From assembly GCA_965112155.1 (NCBI GenBank), contig OZ218102.1: a stretch of DNA of 64,000 nt; one strand, given 5' to 3'. Source of the DNA: Podarcis liolepis (lineage: Eukaryota). The notes beneath the pieces are model-generated. The model had not been told where the DNA came from. It ran no database searches and saw nothing but the letters and a program-made list of their open reading frames with translations. The position numbers and the translations under genes are program-made. Shown in pieces: positions 25,060 to 35,430 of the stretch; positions within the stretch are counted from its first letter, which is position 1, and every line of letters begins with the position of its first letter.

Positions 25060-28000
25060 TACACTGCTGCGTAAAAGCGTAGTTCACGTGCGCCGCTCCG
25101 CTTTGCATCCGGTCCTAGCTGGGATCGAGGAGGGAAGGAAGGCGGGGCTGCTTGATCTCGCACATCCGTTGGGGGGATGAGGAGGGGGCGATCTCAAACA
25201 GCTGTTGGTTCTAGAAGGTTTCTGGCTTTCTTTCTCTCTCCCCCCCCCCCTCGGTTCAGGCATCTATCCTGGGCGTTTGTCCTTGCGTCTGGTCTAGAGA
25301 AGCACTTCACGCAAAGCTTTCCCCAACATTTTCGGTTCAGCTTCCTTAGTATCAAATCCCTGCGGGGCGATCGCAAAATCCGGGCGGCCTTTCCCTTCAA
25401 CCCGAGCCCCAACACTGAAACTGTTGCTGGCTGCGCCTCCGTCTCGCGAGGGGCGTTGTGTGCCATGAGCTTTCTTCCCTCTCCCTTGCCTCCTGGGATT
25501 TAGCTTAGTTAGAAATCCCCAAAGGACACATGGCAAGAGATCCTGGCAGGATCGAGTCCTGTTGAGGGAATCTGACAGCGCAGACCTATGGCTGCCTTGC
25601 CTGTCTATTCCGAAATAAGACCCATTGAATCCAACGTGTTACTTACTCCAAGGTAAGTGTGCAGCGTATTGGGGCCTGAAAAGCAAGCAGTTAAGGAAAT
25701 AAATTGCCCTTTCGATGGTCGAAAAAGAGAGATAGGGTTTTTCATAAAGTACCTGGGGCCGTTTTTTTCTATCCTGCTAGGGAGGAGCGAGAAAATAGGG
25801 GATACTAAGCGCAGAGATTTCCTCGCATTATCCGATCGTTATTTATTAGATGTATAAAAACCACGTATGGTGCTCTAACAGTTTGTTCTTGCTATCAGTT
25901 GTCTTTCTGAAGCAAGCTTGTTTTGGGAAATTCTTTGTACAGTACATTTCACTTGGTTTCCACTGGGCTCCAGTCAACAGTTCCGCTCAGGCTGTTGCCG
26001 CGCGGCGAGAAATAGCAGAGAGAGATCGCCTCCGCTTTTCGGGCCGAGTCTTGGGCTGCAACTCTAAGCACACTTTCCTCTGAAGGAAAACCCATCCAAT
26101 AGTGGCAGGGTTCGCTCCCGAGTGAATAGCCTTCGACGTTCCTCCTCCTTCTCCGCTGCGCGTAATTTGGTTAGCCGTTTGGCTCTCGCCTGCTGAAAAA
26201 GGGATCGGGCAGATGTCATCTCCAAAAGTGTAAATCGCAAAGCAAAGCGGCTCCCAAGCGAAGGAGTGGCTCCTGTTAAACTCTTCACCCTCTCGCTAAA
26301 AGGATGCGGAGAAACGAGCTTGTTTGTTTTTCATGTACCAGCAGCATGTCTTGAAATAATGGGTTTCTCTGACATGACGTCCTTTCTTTACAAAAGCAGA
26401 GAAACGACAGCCATAACACAGAAGGGGATATAGACTTTTTCTTTTATTTTCAACTTGCGTTTTTCAAAGCCATGGTTTGACGGTTTGCTTGTTTATTAAA
26501 AATAGCTCCGGTATTATACTTCCGGTATTATCTAGGGTGGGGAGAGAAAGAGAAGTTTAAAAATGAGAGCTCTCAAAAAGCAAAGGTCGCCTTACAAGGA
26601 GCCTGCACGCTGTTTGAAACTTTGGTGTCGACCTAATAATGAGGCTATTGCCCTAATGAGGATTTTGGAATAACTTTCAAAACCCGCAGAAGTAGCTCGA
26701 TTGGTCTGTTGCAAACACACACACACACACACATACACGATTTGTTGCTCCTTCAAGACTCCTGAACGTAGTTTCTGATCTAGTAACTCTCAAAACATCG
26801 TCAGCCAGAGTTACAACTATTGAAAATGAAATTCTTTCTTGCTTCTTCCTGTTCGGCGTTTATCTATACAGTATTAGATGCCCAAGGCAGTGTATGGCCT
26901 TCCACTTCGCGTTAGTGCAGAAACTTTCATTCCGTTGTTCTGGGATTCATGATCGCTAAGACTGCTATCCTACATACAATGTAAGACGCATTGAAGTTAA
27001 TGGGACTCAATTGCGAGTTGACATGTATAGGATCGCACTGTGAAGATTGAATGCCATGCGCACTTGGGAATAAACCCCAGTGGGATTTCCTTTGAGTAAA
27101 CCTCGGTTGGCTTTCACAAGAAAGTAGGATCTCTGCAGTCACAGGCACCTTTACTTGAGAGTAGGTATCCTGCCTGGAATTCAACAGGACAGACATAGGC
27201 TTCACCCTCATGGGTGCTATTTTTTATTCCATTTATTTATTGAATTCGTGTACCATCCCTCATCCGAAGATCACAAGCTGTTAAAGAATGATTTGTTCTG
27301 TGATCAGAGATACTGAGTACCAACTTTTACTGGGAAATTGGAAATAACAAGGGTGGGATTCGAAACTTGTTTACTAGGGAACGAGTGGGACTTACTCACG
27401 AGTAAACATGCACATGCAGTCGAGCCAGTTACTTTAATGACGCTGACACCTAAGTGCGCGCACACAGTATGCCGCTGTTAAGGCTGCCAGGCTGCCATCC
27501 TATGTATACTTAATCGGGAGTATCCGCTCCTGCAATTCAGTGGGGTGGACTTCTGAGCAAACATGCACAGACTTGGGTAAACCCTACTGGTTTCCACGGA
27601 ATTTACTTCCACCCAAGCAGGATTGCTCCACATACAAGCTGCGGCTCGTGCTGCGGATTCGACCCTCTTCTTCCCACCGGCCATCAATTCAACGCGCAGC
27701 TCTCCGGCTGCTTCGGTCTCATCCATCTCCCTCGTTCTTAATAATGAGGAGGGCGCTGCGCCTATTCTTCATATAGCAATATTTAGAAGAGGGCATTTGC
27801 CGGGGAATATTAATATTCCAAGTCCTGGGTGCCAGCAGCCGGACAGTGTAACTTATGCAGTGGGAGGGAACGGGGCAGGAGGAGGGAGGAGGAGAGGAGG
27901 GGTAGCCTGGCGACGGTGTCTGCAAAACTTCTCCGGAGCCGCAGAAATGACGAATGGAAGGAAGCGTGTCTTCAATCAGCGGAGGCCGGCCGGCCTTGTT

Positions 28001-28320
28001 TAAGTAGGAAACGAGCGAGATTGTGATAAATGACTTAATATTCCTTCCACTGTGTGCCTGAAACACCGAAGGGCGGCTGGATCCAAGTCCTGCCGTCGTA
28101 TTTAATCCAGTGACCGGCTCGGTTTAGGAAGGACCTGTTTCCTTCTGTAAAAGTGCCAGGCAAAAACAGTCACCGCAGCAGAACTTCGCAAGGAGTTTTG
28201 CGAGTCCAGCGCCACAGAAATGAACCATGTAATGCCCCTTTCTCGTTATTTACAGCTTTTTGGGGGGGAGGTGCACTTCCAAGATCACTTACCTAGTGGG
28301 ATGACCTACATATGCGAGTA

Positions 28321-28562
28321 CAGTGGTACCTCGGGTTAAGTACTTAATTCGTTCTGGAGGTCCGTAATTAATCTGAAACTATTCTTAACCTGAAGCACCA
28401 CTTTAGCTAATGGGGCCTCCTGCTGCTGCCGCGCCGCCGGAGCACGATTTCTGTTCTCATCCTGAAGCAAAGTTCTTAACCTGAAGCACTATTTCTGGGT
28501 TAGCGGAGTCTGTAACCTGAAGTGTCTGTAACCTGAAGCGTCTGTATCCTGAGGTACCACTG
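28321..28562 (-). mobile_element. Tc1/mariner (Tigger-like) MITE
   Basis: Same TIRs, TA TSD, opposite orientation, extra subterminal 16-bp unit. Confidence 0.9.
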
Positions 28563-31199
28563 TACAGATCTACAACAGAGCTATTACAGAATAGGGATTT
28601 CTAACACAAAAACTGGCCCCGTGCAAAGGACTGGTTAGAAGCAATAAATAAAACTCTCATATTTTACCAGTATGGAACATTGGGAGATAAGCAAATGGCA
28701 ATAGTTCAGCCAAGTCACAGCATATATTAACTTAGAATTTTCCTTGCTGCTGTTAAAGGTGTGAGGTTAGAAGCCCTTTCTGATCTTCTGGGAATGACCT
28801 AGGTATCTAGCAGTAGATCTCCATCTACTTACTTTCCTCTGCAGGTCTAAAGCCAGGGTTTTAACTAGCATTAATGATAGTGATTATGAATATAAAGCCA
28901 GGGAGTGAGGCTTTCCCCAGACATTAATGTGAACTACAAAAGATGTGACCTTGAGTAAGAAATGCAAAACATCTACTGTTGCTGGTCCAGCTTGCCGGGT
29001 GTGTTAGGAGAATGCCAGGTTTCTGTTTACACAGAAATAAGGGTTTCTTCCTATTGTAAAATTATCTGTAATTTTGTTGTTCTGTAGCCTCTTGTAGGCT
29101 AATGCATGTGTGCCAGAGAGAAAAACGAAACACCAAAAGTTTTGGGAACAGGCCACTGTGCCGCTGAAGTCACTGGAAAAACAACTGCTTTGTTGCCAAA
29201 GAATCAGCTATTGTTCAGGTGGCCTGATGACAAGGTCTGTGCCATTTGAAGACTTAGTGGGTACTCCTACACTAACAAAGTGATTCCAGGATATAAGAGT
29301 GGTTCAACCAGTTTCTAGTGTTTTAGGACTATCTGTAATGTGCCAAGAACAAAAGGAATGACCAGCCTTTCCTCCAAGGAGCTCAAGGTGACTAGTGTAC
29401 ATAGTGTGGGATTTCCAGTCAAAATCACAAATTTGTGATGGCCAGACAGGCACATTGGGGGCTGACATGCATAGAGTTCCTGAATCAATATAGACTGGAC
29501 TTTATGTGGTCACTTCCTTAAAGCTTTGGTGGAAATTTATAATGAAGGCAATCATCCCATGTACTAACTTCCTGTCTGAGCTCTCGCTCTCTCTTTCTTT
29601 CAAGCCAATGATGTGAGCAGACATACCTGCTTGGGCTCTACTCAGAGCCCAGACTTCTTTTTGGAAAAGAATTTCATACTTTGTTAATAAGAAGCTTTCT
29701 TTCTTTTTTCTTTTAACCAGAATAAAAGTATTAGCTGCCTGCATTGGATACAAGTATATGTTTTTGTTTCTAGCAATGGGGACAAACAGGGGAAGGGTTA
29801 GCAAATCACAAATAAACAGAGATTAAATGGTATAATTGTGGGAATGTTCAGGGAGGCAGGAGAGGATATATTGTTTAATAATATCCTTCCTAACTTGCGT
29901 TAGCAAGTCCCTTTACTTATCAGAGTGCTTTCCCCTTTTAAACATACAGCAGTTAGCTTGTTGCAAGTTAGTTTTAGCCTCTCAATATAAGATTCCTGGT
30001 AATTCCCTTATATTCCTCTTAAAAAGAATAGACACGACACAGTCTTGTGAAAAAAGTATAAAAGTAGTTTACTCACATTCATTCAGTTCACAGATGGATC
30101 CCTGAAGGCAGACTTAGGTTACAAGATATATACACGTGGAACTACCCCATATGGGGGTTAGTCTCAGTGACTGCAGACTGGCAGTCACTGCTGCACACAC
30201 GTCGAAAGCAAGATGGAGAAGAGGAAGTGTGCTGTCTGCCTTGCAGCTTTTGTTACCTGGGCAGGTAAAGTCACGCCCACCTCTAGTCACATGTAGAGGA
30301 AGTTTGTCCCAGCTCAGGATGAAACAGGAAGTTCCGACTAGATGGAGCAAGCATCCCCTTTCATGTCCACTCTAGGAATGTTGTACTTGACTGCTATGTG
30401 TTTCACATCCCACAATAATTGCCTAATTCCTAGTTTCCAGTAAGCTGCAAAAACACATAGTTGCTTTTACTCTGCTAAAAGTGCTTCGCAGCCTTATTAC
30501 TCTCATATTTTCTCCCACACACATGGGACAGGAGGTTTACGGTAAATTTAATTTACAGATTTAATCCTTAATCCATTTCCATCATATAGTTCTCCCCCTC
30601 CCCATTTTAATCCTCACAGCAAGGTTAAGCTAAGAGCCCAATACTGGCTGCTTGATGACTAAGTGTGGATTTGAACCTTTCTCTGCCAGGCCCTAGTCTA
30701 CCCCCCCCCATCCCTGATCATTTCATTGACTTAGAAGTAAGTTCCATTGATGTAAATATAAGTTACTTCCATTTGATTATTCCTAGAGTCACAGAAAAAA
30801 GAAGCAGCAAGAAATGGTGTTCCTTCCAAGGTTGGGGAGACGCTTTGGTCTAGTGGGCCAGATCCCAAAGTGCTCTGCATGCCATTTTTGACAGGTTGTC
30901 ACATCACACCAGGTGGATCTGCTTGTTGGGCTTGCATTCCTCACTGAAGCCTTTCCCCCACTCTTTAGCTAAGCAAAGGTTTGTGGCAATCTGAGCATGA
31001 AATGGTGACTGTCCCTCCAAAACTTCCTAGAACAACTTAGGGCAGTTTCATACACTGCAGAGCAATAACCATGGGGGCCTCCAGACAGCAAATTTTGTGC
31101 AAGTGATTCAGTCGCATATCAGAACTTTGTGCATTTATAGTGGATTGAAGTGCTTCATCTTTTAGCACAATAAATCATCTTTAAAAGAAACACACACAG

Positions 31200-31800
31200 T
31201 ACAGAATTATCAGCATAGGAAAAATTATTGAAAAACACAATAAAATTCTCAGCATGTTATGCAGTTAGAGAAAACATCCAAAAAAAGGATCTTCAGATGG
31301 CATTTAATGCCCAGCAAACTGATTACAATGTATAAAAGAGGATCCAGCTTAGGTTGGAAATGTTTAGACAAGGAGGGCTCATTAATCCACATGTGGTGGC
31401 AATGCAAACTCGGGGGGGGGGAATATTGGGGAATGATTTATGAAGAACTAAAGAAGATGCTTTAATGTTCCTTTCTCAGTAAGCCAGAAGCATTCCTGTT
31501 AGCTATAATAGGACAGGAAATTCCAGATAAAGTAATAAAAACAAACAAACAACCCTCTTCCTTTACACAACAGCAGCAGCAAGGGTACCATACAGTAAAA
31601 CATGGAAGGAGAGGGAAATCCTGGCCAAAGACCACTGGTAGCTTAAACTAATAGAATGTGTGGAATTAGCCACAATGACGGCCACAATAAGAAATACAAA
31701 GAGAAAAACAGTTATAAGTGAGTGGGAACAACTAGAGGAGTATTTAAAAAGAAGTGGTATAAATATAAATTTACAAGTACAATAGGGTTAAACATATGAA
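31200..31800 (+). mobile_element. Degenerate L1-clade LINE ORF2 C-terminal fragment
   Basis: Translation RWHLMPSKL...WKCLDKEGSLIHMWWQCK...YWGMIYEELKKML resembles the CCHC knuckle region of L1/Tx1 ORF2; A-rich sense strand; stops and frameshifts. Confidence 0.7.
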
Positions 31801-31989
31801 CACCAGTAGACACAACAAGGAGTGGAAGATAGAGGAGGGAAGGATTGGAAAGCTTTAGGAGTTGCAGCAAACCAAAGTGACTGATGATGTCAAGGAAAGA
31901 TAGGTTAGGAAGTCTAGGCGAGAAGGGTTAGGAGATGATGTTTGCAACTGGAATAACTATAACCAGCTATAATTGAAAAATTCACAAGG

Positions 31990-31990
<1 letters not shown>

Positions 31991-32064
<74 letters not shown>
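31991..32064. repeat. (GAAA)n microsatellite
   Basis: Directly visible; just downstream of the L1 fragment. Confidence 0.97.
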
Positions 32065-33297
32065 CACCCCCCCCCAAACAGACTTGTTGCAGTTTGGAAA
32101 GTAATAGGGAAATTCCCTGCAAAGTGTGGATTAAACAAATGGCAGGATGAATGATGGAAGGATGAATGCAATCTCATATAATTGTCCTGCAAACAAATCA
32201 GAAGAATTGCTCAACAAAGGCCAGGTATATTCTAACCTCCATGTAAGTTTTGTAAGCTCAATAAACTGGTCCACCCACCCACCCACCTGCAGTTTGCTAT
32301 TAAGGCCACAATCCAAAATCATGATGAATTAGAAATCTGTCTCACTAAATTCAGTGGAACTTACTCCTAAACTGTGTTTAGGATTGGAGCCAGCGTGTAG
32401 ATAAAACAGGGAACCCCTACAAACCCTGGCTCACTGAGAAGTGTTAACTGTATGATGTGTGAGATTTTATCATGTATGCAATTTTCAAATACCTGCTTGT
32501 CATAGTCACACTTCATGTTTTTTAGGAATGTGGGACAGAGAGACTTTTGAGCTGGAGCAGTATGGCAGCTCTCAGAGGAGGAGCTAGCTGTGCACCTGGG
32601 GGCGGGGCAAACTGCCCGTGGGGGCGAGGTGAGCATCCCAGGGGGGCAGTGAGGTGATGTCACCCCCCTCAGGGATGACACTTGGGGCAGGCCACACCCA
32701 CCACACCCCCTTTCTCCCCCAGTGGCAGCTCTTACCTGTAAGAGAAACCAGTTCATTGAAAGAGACCATATTTGTCCCGAAAACCTGACAAGAAAATTAG
32801 ATAGGTGACATAAGATATTGGAATCAAAGAAAAACAATTGCCTCTGTTAACTGCTTCACACAGTCTAGATCTCTAAAACTTTTCAGTCCGCTGCTTGTCA
32901 AATGTACTGAATGCTATTGGGCATTTAAGCCTTAGTACCTTGACAGCTAGTTCTAAGGCTCCAACACTGCAGCACAGGACTCTGATTTTGGTGTTAGAGG
33001 ACCAGAGGACATTTTGCTGCTTGAAGTGAAGAAGAAGAGGGTACCCACAAGATTGGTAGTTGAGTCTTATTTGAATGCTGGCAGTAGGATGGTGTCCCTC
33101 ACATGCACAGGCAACCTGGTACTTCGCACCCTCAAGCACCTGCCACCTGAGGTGACTGCCTAATGATAATCACAGCCCCCTCTTTTACAACTTCAAAACA
33201 GTTGTGTGAATCAGTCTGGAAATGCCCAACATGCTCAGTGGAGATCAAATCAACCCACAGTTTTCCATGCTAAAAAGGTGAGGCAAATAATTACCCA

Positions 33298-33423
33298 AAA
33301 TAAAAAATTCCTTCCAGTAGCACCTTAAAGACCAACTAAGTTCTTAGTTGGTCTTTAAGGTGCTACTGGAAGGAATTTTTTATTTTGACTATGGCAGACC
33401 AACACGGCTACCTATCTGTAACT
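33298..33423. mobile_element. Penelope-like insertion, copy C (palindromic, hammerhead lost)
   Basis: 14-bp TSD CAAATAATTACCCA (33284-33297 / 33424-33437). Perfect 45-bp arms 33296-33340 / 33343-33387. Same sequence family as copies A and B. Confidence 0.8.
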
Positions 33424-34471
33424 CAAATAATTACCCATCATTCTTTGGCAAAGAGAAGAAGAACCACCCAGAAATGGTAACTTTCAGGTCTGAATTGTTG
33501 GGCCTTGCCTTGTTTTCTCGGAGTCACACATGGGAGTTAGGGTGGGTGGGAAGACAGTATGTGCAGCAACCAAAATGTCCCCTAGATTTGAAGAAACGGC
33601 CAGCAAAGTCCACAGTGACATGCAACCAAGGGGAGGCCATGGAGTAATTTAAGCAGGAAGTTAATATCAGGAGTCAGAGTAATCAATCTCTGTTTCCCTG
33701 AAATGGCGTGAAGGAGGCAAATAAAAGTTCGGCACCTGATGTAGGCCGGCAGCTGAGAGCTGCCTGGGCTTCCCCTCCCTTTCTTCTCTTTCTGTGTCAT
33801 TCTCCTCAGCGCCTCCATTCATCACACTGTCACTGTCCTGTTCGGGCTTCCCCTTGTGCCTAACTTGTCTTGGAGCTGATGGCACAAATTTAATTTGTTA
33901 CAGGCGAAGGAGGGGCGAGCAGAGCCTTGCCTGGGGCACCATTGCTGGAAGCCGTGTCAGGCAGACGTATTGTTCCTTAATGGTGACTGGCTGGTGCTGG
34001 AGGAGAGGTGGTGGCACAGGAACACTGCTGATTAAATTAAAGCAAGTTGCTTCTTTTTTCATGCTGGAAGTAGGTGGCTTTTTGGCCAGGAGACAATAAC
34101 TTTGGAGGCAGATGCTCTTTTGGAAGCCAACCAGCCATTAATATTTATTAGGTGGCTCAACAACTAGCGCTCTGGTGTTGTGTTAGCTTTGTGATCCTGA
34201 GCTGTCACTCTGCTTTTGGGATGTAAGAGGAGCTTTGCAATTACAGGCATTGCAAGCGGTGTGATCCCGTCTATGTTTGCTCAGAACTACCCAGAAACAA
34301 ACCCCTCTTTTCTGCAACAGGCTTACTCAGTAAAGAGTTTCTTTATTATTACCTTTTTATCCCACTTCCCTCCCAGGAGCTCATGGTGGCATACATGAAC
34401 CTCACCTTCTGCATCTTATCCTCACCACAACCCTCTGAGGTAGGTTAGTTAGATTAAGAGAGAGTGATGGG

Positions 34472-34598
34472 CAGTGCTATTTTTCTAGAAAAAGAGGTGC
34501 CGGAACTCACCTCCCTTGTTCTCTTATACTGGCAATGGCACCCACCTGAGAGGCAGCAGAACTGAGTTCCGGAGAATTCTGGCTGAAAGAAAGGCCTG
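34472..34598. mobile_element. hAT-like MITE inserted in an older SINE
   Basis: CAG...CTG ends; 8-bp flanks GTGATGGG / GCGATCGG; internal GGAACTCA/TGAGTTCC inverted motif. Confidence 0.55.
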
Positions 34599-34654
34599 GC
34601 GATCGGCCCAAGGTCATCCAGCGAGCTTCATGGCTGAGTGAGGATTCCCAAGTA

Positions 34655-34929
34655 CAGTGGTACCTCGGGTTACAAACACCTTGGGTTACAAACACCTTGG
34701 GTTACAAACACCTTGGGTTACAAACACTTTGGGTTACAGACTCTGCTAACCCAGAAGTAGTACCTCAGGTTAAGAACTTTACCTCAGGATAAGAACAGAA
34801 ATTGCATGCCAGCAGCACAGCGGCAGCAGGAAGCCCCATTAGCTACAAGTGGTACCTCAGGTTAAGAACAGTTTCGGGTTAAGAACAGACCTCCGGAACG
34901 AATTAAGTTTGTAACCAGAGGTACCACTG
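34655..34929 (+). mobile_element. Tc1/mariner (Tigger-like) MITE with internal 16-bp tandem expansion
   Basis: Same TIRs, TA TSD; (GGGTTACAAACACCTT)x4 at 34667-34730. Confidence 0.9.
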
Positions 34930-35269
34930 TACTAGTCCAACGCTCTTAAGTACTGCTCCACATTGACTCTCACAGGAGTTCGTAGGTTTGCAACCTAAAT
35001 CATCAGTCTTGAATTTTTAGCTCTTGAAAGTGCCCCTTATTACTAGATACTATGCCACACGCTACTCAGTGGCAACTTGAGTTTTGCTGCCGTTGAAAGT
35101 AGCTACATGTTAACTAGGCAAAATGGAGTGAGTAGGATGTATGCAAAAGGCATATTAGTAAAACAGAAACTGACATGGACAAAAATAAATGTACCGAGGG
35201 CTAACTCTAGAGGCCAGGAGCATATTTATCCCCCACCTCCATGAAATGCCTTACTTTCTCCCATAGAAC

Positions 35270-35430
35270 TGAATGGTTGCCACTCAGCTGGAAAAGCCTG
35301 AAACACTAATCTCAGGGTGTTGGGTTCAAGCCCCACGTTGGATGAAAAGATTCCTGCACTGCAGGGGGTTGGACTAGATGATCCTCATGGTCCATTCCAA
35401 CTCTACACTTCTATGGTTCTTTGATACTAT
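35270..35430 (+). mobile_element. tRNA-Lys/CR1-tail SINE
   Basis: TAATCTCAGGGTGTTGGGTTCAAGCCCCACGTTGG plus CR1-like 3' end. Confidence 0.7.

Larger units (their letters stand above)
22300..28450. promoter_or_regulatory. Orphan CpG-rich domain (peaks ~22300-22780, 25060-26330, 27400-28220)
   Basis: CpG frequency visibly far higher than in flanking 1-22 kb and 29-50 kb; no exon recognised. Confidence 0.65.

Noticed and set aside
33296-33387. miRNA precursor
   Set aside because: Perfect TE-derived palindrome with TSD and a 2-nt loop; no evidence of processing.
34667-34730. CRISPR-like repeat array
   Set aside because: Head-to-tail 16-bp repeats with no spacers, inside a MITE in vertebrate DNA.
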